DNA of 64,000 bases from the human T2T-CHM13v2.0 reference genome, Homo sapiens (GCF_009914755.1 NC_060944.1); one strand, 5' to 3'; shown: positions 47,796 to 62,574, counted from the first letter of the stretch. Notes: a model not told the origin generated them from the sequence alone. Numbers and translations are program-made.

Positions 47796-48824
47796 TCATC
47801 TAAGATGTGTGCTAAAGATATTTTTCGGTGTGAAGAGTGGAACTGAGACCGTGAGGGGAAGGAAATCTGGGTTTCAAGTTGGGAGATGTGGTTTTGGTCC
47901 CAGTTCTGCCACAGATTCACCTTGGTCAAATTGCTTGCCTTGACTGGACCTTAACATGAGGTGATCTCCACAGCCTCAGCGTGCTAGGAGGCCAAGGTAG
48001 ATGATGCCACTGACCCAACCAAATGGCCAGACTCTAGGTTTGGCCGTGGCAAGGAGTTCTGTCTGGCTTTTTAGTTTGGTCTTGTTTTCGATGATGGAGG
48101 ATGCTGTAGTAGCCATCTTCAGGCATGGGGCTTCTTGCTTTTGAATACATTTCCAGAAGGAAATTACTGGGTCAGAGGATAAGAACATCATGATGGTTGT
48201 TGCTGTGTGTTGCCATGTTACTTTTCGGGAGCATTGTAACAATTTACACAGTTGTTGGCTATGAGTGAAATAGCATTTTTAACCCAAACTGATCTAGTAT
48301 TTGATATAGTCATTATATTTATGATTTCTTTAATTTAGGTGGCATAAAATAGTACTTTGAAGTTGCTTTATAATAATGGGAGCCGCTTTTTTTGAGAGGC
48401 ATACACACTGATGAATGTGCCAGGTGTTTACATACAGTATGTCATTTGCTGCTCACACTGACCCCATCTGGGAAGCCAAGTAGCTCACCTGAGTCTGTGA
48501 GCTGGGCTTTGACCCTAAGGGAGTTTGACCCCAGAGCATCTTCTTCCTCAGGTGGCTGTCCATGCTTTGATTTGTGTGTGTGCGTGGTTACCCGAGGGTT
48601 GAACTTTGGCTTGTGTGCTTGTTTACTGGCCGTGTTTTGAGGTATGTGAATTTTATGTTTTTGTAGAAAATTGAATGTGCTCTTTGTGTAGAATTTATGA
48701 ATCCTCTGCTATAGTGGAAGCAACAACAGAGGTGCTTCCAGTAGAGTTGGGGAAAAGACTCAGTGACACTAGAACCTCACCCTGTGCCGGGACTCTCTGA
48801 AACCCTGTTTTCTCCCTCACGCAG

Positions 48825-49002
48825 CGGCCCTCCAGGCACTGAAGCGTAAGAAGAGGTATGAGAAGCAGCTGGCGCAGATCGACGGCACATTATCAACCAT
48901 CGAGTTCCAGCGGGAGGCCCTGGAGAATGCCAACACCAACACCGAGGTGCTCAAGAACATGGGCTATGCCGCCAAGGCCATGAAGGCGGCCCATGACAAC
49001 AT
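48825..49002 (+). CDS. CHMP4B: CHMP4B coding exon 2 (178 nt)
   Basis: Acceptor tttctccctcacgcag|CG; continues AALQALKRKKRYEKQLAQIDGTLSTIEFQREALENANTNTEVLKNMGYAAKAMKAAHDN(M); donor AT|gtacgt; phase 1 matches exon 1. Confidence 0.99.
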
Positions 49003-49674
49003 GTACGTGTCCACCCGCCCCTGCGCCACAGGGCAGTGCTAGTCCCGGAATGCCTCGTACCCAGGCCATGGCCTTGGGCAGACGGATCCCTTGACTTACC
49101 TATTCGAGCACCTGAGTTTGTTTTAATTCTCATTCTTTTTTGGAACTCCGAAAATGGATGACGTGCCTTTGAAAGGAGATCTCATGGGATGTAAAAGTAC
49201 TTTCTGAGTAATTCAGGGTTATTGTGATGAGCATAGTTTCAAGCTGGAAAGGCCTTTAGAAGGTCCTCTTGTCCAGACCTGTGAATGTGAAGGTGGGGAA
49301 GCTGTGTCCCAGAGAGGGAAGCGGATTTGCCCTGTGTGACATGGGAGCTTGGTTAGAACTGGGATTAGAATCGGTGCCCATGATTTTTCCCTGATGCTGT
49401 CAGGGGCCCTGAAATGTGTGGTTCATCCAAGAGCTTTGGATCTCTCTGTTCCTATGTCTGCTTTTGATGGCGTTTTCTGCCTCCTCTCTTGCTCTCCGGC
49501 TGTAGCTGTCATTGACAGTGATCTTGCCCTCAGCAGTCCTTCTTCCCCTATATGGCTACCTCTCATGGCAGTGGCCTAAGAAACTAGATAACCAAGCTTG
49601 TTACAGTTGTAACTAAAGGCCAAGGTAAGGAGGCTCCAAATGAAGGCCTCTCTCTTGAATACAATCTGCATTTG

Positions 49675-49986
<312 letters not shown>

Positions 49987-50084
49987 TCTGCATTTGTTGT
50001 AGTGCTTAGATTTGGCAGCATATATTTGGGGGTGCTAGGTGCCTTTTTTGCTTCCTTTTGGGTACTCAGCTGTGCTGTCCAATG

Positions 50085-50598
<514 letters not shown>

Positions 50599-51309
50599 CT
50601 CTAGAAATGTGAGGTTGCAGGAGAAGTAGCCTTCAAATAAGTGAGGTTTTGTCTGAGGGTGGATGTTCATTGGACCGAGCTGCTTGAATGAGAACCATAT
50701 ATGCCTCATTTCTGTGTTCTCCTGGAAACCTAGCAGAGTGCAGCTCATTAAATACTGTGCAAATGTTGACGTATATGTGTGTATGTTGGCTTGAGTAAAT
50801 ATAGGTTTATATGATTGTCAGTGTGTAGAAGAAAATTCTGCATATTTGCGGAATTTGCCTTTCCTTTGGGGTCCTAGAGGATCCATAGGTGGACTGAGTA
50901 GATGGAAGGCCCATTAGACAGCATGGCTGTCTTCTGTGATTTGTGCTTTTACTTCCCCCTGTACAGAGTTACCCTTGGACTTGAAAAAGAGCTATTGGCC
51001 CAGGAGTTAAAGCCCTGCGGTCTTAATGTGATACCTTTACTAATTTGTATGTAGGACCTTGATAGTGCCACCTGTAGGGTGTTGGACTGGGTAGTGTCTT
51101 AAAGACATTCCCGTCCCCTTGAGTCTATGATTCTCTATTTTAAAGGGGAGGAGGCAATAATGCCAAGTAACCCCTCACAGGGAGTCATTGCAGGGGGTGT
51201 GGCTGGGAAGCTGATTTTGTGGGGCCCAGTTTCTGCTCCCGCCTTGCCTTGCAGGCCCCCTTTACGCAGCCTAATCGATTGATATGATACCTGTCCATTG
51301 CATTTGAAG

Positions 51310-51424
51310 GGACATCGATAAAGTTGATGAGTTAATGCAGGACATTGCTGACCAGCAAGAACTTGCAGAGGAGATTTCAACAGCAATTTCGAAACCTGTA
51401 GGGTTTGGAGAAGAGTTTGACGAG
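51310..51424 (+). CDS. CHMP4B: CHMP4B coding exon 3 (115 nt)
   Basis: Acceptor catttgaag|G; DIDKVDELMQDIADQQELAEEISTAISKPVGFGEEFDE; donor GAG|gtgagt; phase consistent. Confidence 0.98.
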
Positions 51425-52434
51425 GTGAGTAGTTTTGTACAGATCCCATAAGCTTCACAAATGATACCCTGAGGCTGTCCCTTGATGTGCTCTTGAAGGC
51501 TCTCAGGCAGGGAGCATTTGGACTTGGACAGAGACAGGGCATGGTGTTAACCCTCCCTGAATTCTGCATTTTGAGGGACACTTTCTCTATTTGGGGTGGA
51601 AGCTTAGGTAGAGTAAAGGCACATTCATCAGGACCCTTCAGCAGGCTTCAGGTCACTAACTGATTTGAACAAGTAGCTAGCCTGCACCTTTCCAGGGTGG
51701 GCCCTGGCACAGAGCTGGGCAGCAGAGATGACCATGCCCTGGAGAAGTTCACAGGATTTTCCCTGAGACAGCTTCAGCATGAGGGAAAGGTAGAGCAAAG
51801 AGGGGGCACTTACCCCTGACCCGGGGTATCTGTCTAGATCTCGGCCATCTGCCAGTTTCTGCTGTAGCAATTTGGGACCTTGAGTCTCTTAGGTTTTTAA
51901 AGTATGGTACCAGCCCCTGTTGAAGGTATTTCACTGTGTGCTAGATTTGTGTCTCCTGAAGGTTAGGTCCTTTCTGCTGGACCTTTGTGCTTTCTGACCC
52001 CTGCTGTATAACCGAGAAAACAGCGTGCAGCTCTTACCTTTGGCTCTCAACACCAGGGTTTTCATGTTTTCACACTGGAGTTCGATGGATGAATCGAGTT
52101 CATTTCAAATCAGCAAACATTTCTGAGCATTCACTCGTGTGCCCAGCTCTGAGCCAAATAAATAGGAAGGCAAAGATATGATCCCCTCTCCCAGATGCTC
52201 ACAGTCTAGTGCAGGACACCAGAGGTCTACATCAGTGATGTGCAGCAGTGATACGTTCCCCAGTAGAAGCTGCTTTAGGATATTTGAATCACAGGGTCTG
52301 GAACCTGGAATTCACCTCCCCGCAGACCTTCTCAGAGGGGTGTGTGTCTCCATGAGCATTAATTAGGTAGGAGGCATGACCGCGGGGGCTGGGATTCCCA
52401 GGGAGGGCGCTCACTTTGTGTTTCCTTTTACTAG

Positions 52435-52561
52435 GATGAGCTCATGGCGGAATTAGAAGAACTAGAACAGGAGGAACTAGACAAGAATTTGCTGGAAATC
52501 AGTGGACCCGAAACAGTCCCTCTACCAAATGTTCCCTCTATAGCCCTACCATCAAAACCCG
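52435..52561 (+). CDS. CHMP4B: CHMP4B coding exon 4 (127 nt)
   Basis: Acceptor tttccttttactag|GAT; DELMAELEELEQEELDKNLLEISGPETVPLPNVPSIALPSKP, including the Pro-rich MIM2-like segment; donor CCG|gtgagt. Confidence 0.99.
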
Positions 52562-52612
52562 GTGAGTGCTTCTAGAGTCATGGCACACCGTGAGGTCATG
52601 TGGCAGGTGATC

Positions 52613-52675
52613 TTGTGGTCGGTTGGCTTTGGTTTGTGGTCGGTTGGCTTTGGTTTGTGGTCGGTTGGCTTTGGT
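52613..52675 (+). repeat. 21-bp perfect tandem repeat x3 (TTGTGGTCGGTTGGCTTTGGT) in intron 4
   Basis: Identical units at 52613, 52634 and 52655. Confidence 0.97.
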
Positions 52676-52773
52676 CTGTGTCCTGAGCTTGCCCAAGATT
52701 GAGAACCAGACAGGATCCATTGTAGTGGCCACAGAGGCCATGTCACCTGGCTTTTTCTGGTTTCTCTCTGGAA

Positions 52774-53003
52774 CAGTGTTTCTTAATCTTGACGCTGTGG
52801 ACATGGCCAGATACCTCTCTGGGCCGAGAGATGGAGGGTGGGGGCGGGGTTGTCCGGTGCACTGTGGATGTTCAGCACCATCCCTGGCCTCTGCTAGATG
52901 CCAGTAGCAACCGCCATGAGTTATGTCAACCAAAAATGTCTTCAGACATGGCCAAATGTCCCTTGGTAGGGGTTGGGAGGATCACCCCCAGTTGAGAGCC
53001 TCT
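52774..53003 (+). mobile_element. MER20 (hAT-Charlie) in intron 4
   Basis: cagtgtttcttaatcttg...gatgttcagcaccatccctggcctct...caaccaaaaatgtcttcagacatggccaaatgtccc...ccagttgagagcc. Confidence 0.82.
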
Positions 53004-53853
53004 TTTCTAGAATGATTTTCCTATTTCACTAAAGAAGAGAAAGTTCCAGGCACTGTGAGAAGGTGTGAGAGCGTGAGTCCAGGACAGCTCTTTCCCTGCC
53101 CCTCTAGTATCCTGTGCTGCGCACCCTGCAAAAGCCCCGGCCCCTAGAGACAGCCCCTGGGGGAAGGAAACAGCTTTGACTCCTTTAGAGACCTGATTCT
53201 ATAAAACCTTCATTTCCTCCCTTCATTTCTTCCCTTCCCCCATCCCCTCGCACAATATTTCACCCCCAGGTAGAAGTAATCCACACAGAACTTCTAGAAA
53301 AAGCGAGGCAATTTGATGTGGCATGAGAGAGAACCCTGGGGGCAGTGCATGACCAGCTGTGGTCACCTCCCTCTCCCATGTATAAAGAGGGAACGGCCTC
53401 CTCAAGTAGAGTCAGCTGCCTAGAGTCCTGTGTAGGCAGAGGCCGTCCAGCAAGCCTCCTGGAGCTGTGTGGCCATGAGTCAAGCCACTTGAGGTGGAGT
53501 TGGGGGTTGGCAAGGATTAGATCTCTTCTGGGGTTCTTCCCACTCTCCTCCCACCTTGCAGGCTCTGGGACCGAAGCCTTGTGGGAATCCTGAGGGCCTC
53601 TGTGTAGAATCCTTGTTTTGTCTGGGCCTGCTGGAGGCGGAGGGTGGGTGCTGCCAAACTGTGCTTGGTTTTCCAGAGTTGTATGTTGCAGCTTTTAGGC
53701 ACCAAGGAGCAGTCTCCCTACAGCCTGGAGAGGAGTCTGGCCACAGGGCAGGGCTGTTTGACAGACACCATGGAGCACAGGCAGCCCTCATTTCCGGCCA
53801 GAACATGTTGAACGCACCAGTCATCCTAAATAGCCTTTTCTGTCTTCACACAG

Positions 53854-53918
53854 CCAAGAAGAAAGAAGAGGAGGACGACGACATGAAGGAATTGGAGAAC
53901 TGGGCTGGATCCATGTAA
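53854..53918 (+). CDS. CHMP4B: CHMP4B coding exon 5 (65 nt to stop)
   Basis: Acceptor ttttctgtcttcacacag|CC; AKKKEEEDDDMKELENWAGSM then TAA 53916-53918, with the MxxLxxW ALIX-Bro1-binding helix; exons sum to 190+178+115+127+65=675 nt = 224 aa + stop. Confidence 0.99.
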
Positions 53919-54166
53919 TGGGGTCCAGCGCTGGCTGGGCCCAGACAGACTGTGGTGGCCTGCGCAGCGAGCAGGCGTGTGCGTGTGTGGGGCAGGCAGG
54001 ATGTGGTGCAGGCAGGTTCCATCGCTTTCGACTCTCACTCCAAAGCAGTAGGGCCGCGTTGCTGCTCACTCTCTGCATAGCATGGTCTGCACCTGGGAGA
54101 TGGGCGGGGGGAGGGGGGCGGGCGGGGTGGGAAGTGCCTGCTGTTTATAATGTTGAATTTCTGTAA

Positions 54167-54172
54167 AATAAA
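54167..54172 (+). terminator. Proximal polyadenylation signal AATAAA
   Basis: Canonical hexamer with TGTA immediately upstream. Confidence 0.7.
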
Positions 54173-54698
54173 CTGTATTTGCAAATCCAACATTGAGCTT
54201 CTGGACTACGCTGACTCCACTGCTGAATCCTCAATGGAAAGGGTCGACTGGTTGCAGTTGAAATGACCTGAAATGTAGCCTCTGTCCTTGTAAGTCAGTT
54301 GACTTGCCGCACATCTCTTTGTGTACTTGTACGGTACTGGCAGAAAAGTCATTTTTCAAAAGCCATAGGCTTTTCCTTGCCCTTAGCTGTAATAATGCAT
54401 CTGATTTTGATTTCCTCCAGAGCTGTGTTTCTGTCCATCACCTGTGTATTGGCCCTGTGTTTACCACTCTGGCCCACTCCTCACCCCCTTGCTCCCCTGG
54501 TCTTCTGGAGTTTGTGACATTGATTTGAAATGGATGGTGTTCTCTTGAGAGCAAGTGAGATTGTTAGAATTAAGTTCCAACTATACAGTTTTCTAACATA
54601 GCTATAAGGTCCTTGTTGCTGTTTGTGATAACTGATAGATAACTCATTGGAAACGTGCATACATTTATATTCAGATGAAATTATGGTTTGCACTGTCT

Positions 54699-54704
54699 AT
54701 TAAA
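54699..54704 (+). terminator. Distal polyadenylation signal ATTAAA
   Basis: Variant hexamer, CA cleavage site and downstream GU/U-rich element. Confidence 0.75.
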
Positions 54705-55740
54705 TATCTCGATTAATTTTCATACTTTGCTGTTGTGTTTAATCTATCATTTGCCTCGGGAGCTGACCCTTTCCAGACCAGCAAGGTGTACAGTGGAGTC
54801 TGGAAACATGGAAGACTTAACCATGACATGTGTCAACAGTTTGAACCAAAGAGCAGAGCTTGTCTCACCAGAAGTCTGTTCAAGTCCTAGATTGGCCCTC
54901 ACCTTGCCTGGGGACTCTCTGGGTACAGTTCAGGGTGAGTTGGTTCTTGGGTACTTCAGGGTCTTCCCTATTTCTTCTCTGCCAGTGTCCATGGGCAGTG
55001 CCAGCAGGAGCCTTACTGTTGGAAGCCATGGTGCTCCCATCAGACAAGGCTCATCAGGAACATTGAAGAAATGGCCTTTCCCATGGGGAGGAAGTGTAGG
55101 GCACTGACTGAGAATCTAGGACACAGAGGTCACCTCAGGACTGCTGAGACTCAACATACGACTCTGGCCCAGCCCCTTCCACTCTGTCCCCTTTTCTTTG
55201 GTCTTGTATCCCCTTGAGAGTGTGATGCATGCTGTGGACCCTCTTCAGAAAGGTGGATCTCTACATATTTATCCTTAATTTTGCATGCAAATTTGCAGTA
55301 TTGAGAGGACACCCCTGTCCCCCTGTGCTCACTCCCAAACCTTTTAAAGTAAAACCAACCTGAGTTCAAAATGAGACACCATCATTGCTCACTGGGCGCC
55401 CTGGGGCAAGTTGCCTACCCTCCCTGGGGCTCCTGTTCTCACCTGGAAAGCAAGGGGATGGGAACAGATCAGTCCTGAGGTCCTGTCTGTGTTGAGCGGC
55501 TCATGCCCTGTCCCTCATCCCTCATTGCGGCATCCCAGGGCTGCCACACTTAGAACTGGGAGGGACTTGAAGACAGTGGCTTAAAAATTCCTGACTTGTG
55601 TGGAGGTTGGATCTGGCTAGTCTCAGAAGTTCTTTCACCTCAAGACAAATCTAGTGGCAGTGCTTGCTGCCAGCTTCCACCCGCTCAGCCTGCAGCTGGT
55701 GTGGCCTCTGGGTATCGCTGGTGTGGGAGACCTAGTGGAC

Positions 55741-56036
55741 TTTCTTTTTTTTTTTTGGAGATGGAGTCTTGCTCTGTCGCCCAGGCTGGAGTGCAGTGGC
55801 GCGATCTCGGCTCACTGAAAGCTCTCCTCCCGGATTCACGCCATTCTTCTGCCTCAGCCTCCTGAGTAGCTGGGACAACAGGCGCCCACCACCATGCCTG
55901 GCTAATTTTTTCTATTTTTAATAGAGATAGGGTTTCACTATGTTAGTCAGGATGGTCTCGATCTCCTGACCTCATGATCCGCCCACCTCGGCCTCCCAAA
56001 GTGCTGGGATTACAGGCGTGAGCCACCGCGCCCGGC
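55741..56036 (-). mobile_element. AluY/Sc-type
   Basis: agtggactttctt TSD. Confidence 0.93.
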
Positions 56037-56304
56037 CCCCAGTGGACTTTCTTAAGCTCCTCTCATCAGCTGTTACAGGGCGTCTTGCCCTAGGTCTGTG
56101 TGAGGGGAACTTGCAGACTCAACCCTCCAGCTCTGGTGAACCCAGAAGCCAGGTCCAGGGCAGGGTCTGTGACTCCTCTGAGCAAGAGCTGCTTATTTCT
56201 ACCGAGTGTGGGTCTTGTGCCAGGGCCTGTGGAGTACAGTGTTCAGTAATACCCAGCCCCTCTCCTGTTCTCAGGAGGTTCTTGGGGCCAGAGAGAGAAG
56301 TTAC

Positions 56305-57306
56305 TGAGTCAGGATTCCTTGGCTACAAGCAACAGAAGCCTCAACCCACTGGTATAAGCAATGGAGACATTTACTTATTTATGAAAACTTAGTCAACAGA
56401 TATTTATTGAGCACCTACTGTGTGCTAAGTACTGTTCAAGGTGCCAGGAGTACAGGTATCAGAGTCCCTGCCCTCAAGGTGGTTACAGTCTAACAATCTC
56501 AGGACAAGAAATCTTGGTGGTGGGGCGAGGGGGTGGTTCTGGATTTGGGGTAGTGGCTGAACCATGTCCTCAAGAACCAGGTTCTTTGCATCCTTCTGCT
56601 CTGGCACCCTGCACACATAGAGGCTTTTTCTTTTCTTTTTTTTTTTTTTGAGACAGGGTCTCACTTTGTCACCCAGGCTTGGGTACAGTGCTGTAATCAT
56701 GGCTTACTGCAGCCTCAAACTTCTGGGCTCAAGCAATCCTCCCACCTCAGCCTCCTGAGTAGCTGGCACACGCCGCTACTCCCAGCTAATTTTTAAATTT
56801 TCTGTAGAGAGGGAGTCTCACGATGTTGCCTAGGCTGATCTTGGACTCCTGGGCTCAAGCGATGCTCCCACCTCAGCCTCCCAAGGTGCTGGGTTTATAG
56901 GAGTGAGCCACCACACCTGGCTGGAAGTCTTGCTGTCTCTTGGTTGTGAGATGGCCCTTCCTCACATGCGCAGTGTCAAGAAGCAGCAGGCCCAGCACCC
57001 GCCAGCTTTTCCTTCACCTGAGCCCATGTTAACAGGCCAGGTTTCCCCAGAGTCATCTTACAACTTGTCCCTTATGCCTCATGGACCATAACTGTCACAT
57101 TGCCACTTCTTGCTGCAAGGGAGTCTGGAATGTTTGTACGGGACAAAAGGGACAAATAGGGCTCTCCTGTAGGGCTAGGGGTGGAGCCTCCCTTCCCTGA
57201 ATATATTAATGTCCACTTACTTGATGCTGAATAGAATTGGGCTTCTGTTAACAAGGAAGAAGGAGGGATAGTTGCTGAGTAGGTGGCACCGACAGTGTGC
57301 ACCATG
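56305..57306 (-). mobile_element. Old MLT1 (J/K-like) LTR, fragmented by an L2 piece and an Alu
   Basis: agtcaggattccttggctacaagcaacagaa start; gctgcaagggagtctgg and ttctgttaacaaggaagaaggaggg...gacagtgtgcacca end motifs. Confidence 0.6.
56625..56922 (-). mobile_element. Alu (J-type)
   Basis: Antisense dimer. Confidence 0.9.
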
Positions 57307-57406
57307 GAGGCAGAACCAAGAACATAAGACACGTATGTAGTTGGTGCTACCAGTTTCTTCCAAAAAGTGGATCTGATCGTGACACTTGGTCCTTTCGAAT
57401 CCCTCA

Positions 57407-57917
<511 letters not shown>

Positions 57918-58734
57918 TCATGACCTGGCCCCCATTTTCATTTCCCTTTGAACCCCAAATCCTGTTACCCAGACTTCCCTGTCTCTTGGAGCATGTGCTC
58001 TGTCCCTGTGGCCCTTCCCTCCTGGACACAGCCCTCCCTGTCCTGCAAAAGCTGCTGCTTCCTCCTCTGCTGCCCACCTGTCAACGCTGTCTCTTCATCA
58101 TTTCCCACTCCCTTACCAGATGGCGAGGTCACTGTACTTCCTGGCCCCTAGGTCCACCTGGCACAGATCAGGTACGAAGACATTTATGTGAACACCGGTG
58201 TGGTGGAAAGTCAGAGGGAAGTACTGTCGCCAGGGTGTGCCAGGAGGAGGTGGGATCTGAGCTTGCACGTGAAGGAGCAGATTTTCCACGTATGCCTGTG
58301 AGGCGGAGCACCATAGACCAAGGGAACCTGCTGAGGGAGACACGGCAGGGAGGCCAGGGGCTGCCTTGGGAGGAGTTGGCTGGGGGAAGGGGCTTGCTTG
58401 GAGTGGGTGGGAGGTAGAACTGAAGAGGGAGGCTGGAGCTAGATGGGATGGAGGGCATGAGACTAAGGCAATTGCAGGCAGGCAGGAAAGGACGGGAGGA
58501 AAGGGAAGGAGGAAGGAAAGAAGGGACAGAAAACAGGAAGAAAGGGAGAAAGGAAATTAGGTTCTCAGGCAATAATTTGGGGCCAGGAGAGGATAGAGAT
58601 GAAACTTCTAAGGTTGCCTTCCATTTCCCTCAGTGATGTGAAGACAGCTTTGCAGCAGCTGTGATCCTGTGGAGTCAAACCTCACTGCTCCAAGTAGGGA
58701 CGACACCAGGCAGGTGTGTGGCCAGGCCACCTCA

Positions 58735-59140
58735 GCAGCCTGTAATGTGGACACACCAACTTCAGTTAAAACAGCAAATGTATTTTCTCACAGTTCAAGG
58801 GATCAGAAGTCCAAAATCTAGGTATCAGCAGAGCGTCTGGTGGAGGAGGATCCTCTTTGGCCCTTGTGGCTTCTGGTAGCTCCCAGCATTCTTGGGTGCT
58901 CCTTGGCTGGCTGCTGCATCGTCCCAAACTCTGCCTCCACCTCCACATGGCCTTCTCTGTGTCCTTTTCTGTCTCTTACAAGGATGCCTGTCATTGCATT
59001 TGGAGCTCACTCTAATCTAATATGATCTCATTGTGATCCTCACCTTAGTTACATCTGCAAAGACTCCATTTCCAAATAAGGTCCCATTCTGAGGGTTCGG
59101 GTGGGTGTGAATTTTGGGGGACATTATTCAACCCACTCTA
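58735..59140 (-). mobile_element. MLT1C/D-type MaLR LTR
   Basis: tattttctcacagttc...gaagtccaaaatc...tacatctgcaaagactccatttccaaataaggtc...attcaaccc. Confidence 0.75.
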
Positions 59141-60619
59141 GCTGTGAGCTGGGGGCCTATAAGCCCGCAGCAGGGTGGAGAGAGCTCAGTGGGGCAGACA
59201 CAGGAAGCACAGGTCTCGTGAGCCCCATGTGCTGGATGTGAAGCCCAAGGCTCAGAGAAGCTCCAGGGCCCACTGCTAATCAGTGACAGTGAAGAAGCCA
59301 TGGGTTCCTTAGCTTGTGAAGGCCATTCATTCATTCTACAAACATGTTTTGGGTACTTCTATGCCAGCTGTCTGGAAGCTCACAGTTTGGTGGGAAAATT
59401 AGAAAGGCCGTAGCCATCCACTTCTTCATCATCATCACCACAGGCTGGGTCCTCTCTGTAGTGAGTCCCACTGGGAAGAGGGTTCCTGGCTCAGGAGGGT
59501 TTGTGGGAGGACATGATATCTCAGCCAAGATCGGAGGCTGATGAGGTCTCAGCAGGGGAAAAGATGTAACAATAGAGAGGTCGGAGGGTCGCGTTCAATG
59601 CCTGTGCAAGAAAGGCCTGGAGCCACCCTTGGCCTGCTTGTGAACTCCAGATGAACCATGACACACAGTCACCAGACCTGCAGTAAACATTTACGAAATG
59701 AAATTACAGATGAGGAGGCCGAGGCGCCAAGGTGCTTCCAAGTGTCACAGCCAAGTACCAGCAGAGCAAATTCATGAACCCAGCTCCCCTGTCTCCCCAT
59801 CCATGTCTCTTCCGGTCTGGCCTGGGCACCCCGTCTCAGAAACTGCTTCCTTCCTTCCTGCTCAGCTGTATGCTGGCCTTGCCCAGACCGCAGAGGAGCC
59901 AGGTGGAGCTGGGTTAGACACGCAAGACTTTGGGTCTTGCAGCTGAGACTCTGCACCAATCCCAGGCTAGATTTCCATGAGGCACTGGCTAAACTGGTCC
60001 AAATTCCCGCAGAGTAGCTCTGAGGGAGAAGCAGAGGAGAAGGATCCCCCTTCAGAGTAGAAACATTTAGGGAACATACACGAAGAACAGACAATCTGTA
60101 CCTTCTCACTGAACCCACACAAGAACTATTTCAGGGCAGAACCATTCGTTACCCCATTTTGCAGCAGAGAAAGCCCAGGCTCAGAGAGATAAAGTGATTT
60201 GTCCAAAGCCACAGTTGTGGAGTCACAAGAATCCAGTCACACACATACCTCCTCCCCAGGCCTTCCCTGCTGCTGTGGTGGGGGAGGAGCCGGGTCACAG
60301 AGATGCATCCCTGACTCCCTTAGAAGGTGTTGACCCTGAATGTGACCAAACCCTGGGATTTTAGAGGCCAGCTCTCTCCCATGGCCACTTCCTACTGACA
60401 GTGAAAAGGCCACAGGCAACAGGACCTGGGATCACCCAGGGTCACCTGGAATGGAGCGGCAGGGTCAGCCATGCAGAAGAGTTGGGGCTCCTGTCTTTTC
60501 CACAAGGGGCTGATGAGGGGATCCCCTCTGGGGCTGGGTCTCCCTTCCCACCCTGAGGACCTGTCTGTTTTCACCCAGACAATCTCACTGATTGTCTGAC
60601 AAAGTAAAGAAGCAAATGA

Positions 60620-61270
<651 letters not shown>

Positions 61271-61439
61271 AGTGAACAAAATAAATACCCAAAGAATTTT
61301 TTGAGTACTTCTATGCCCGCTCTCACAAAGCTCCTTGTTTGGTAGGAAAATTCCTTATCTCCCTCCTCAGCTTGGGCGCCTATGTAGGGACACTTGGTTC
61401 CCTCATACAAAGCGTGGACAGACATCAGGGTACATACTC

Positions 61440-62370
<931 letters not shown>

Positions 62371-62574
62371 ATAGCTAACACAGAGCATTTAGTATATGCC
62401 AGGTATTGAATGAACTCATCTGGTCTCTGAACCCCTATCAAAAGAATATTTGTGAGTATATACCATATTTATTTATTAATAAATTATATAAATGTACCAC
62501 TGTACTAATATATTGTGTAATAATACACAACTCCTTGAAGTTTTAAAAGCCTAGGATAGAAATAATTATAATAA

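Larger units (their letters stand above)
53919..54722 (+). other. CHMP4B: CHMP4B 3' UTR (long form)
   Basis: Repeat-free sequence after the stop, ending at a CA (54721-54722) about 17 nt after ATTAAA and followed by GU-rich tgctgttgtgttt. Confidence 0.8.

Noticed and set aside
52613-52675. CRISPR-like array
   Set aside because: Units are contiguous with no spacers, and the context is mammalian
53556-53853. In-frame open extension upstream of exon 5 (ORF 53556-53918)
   Set aside because: Intronic sequence that happens to be open; the clean acceptor at 53853 and phase agreement with exon 4 define the exon
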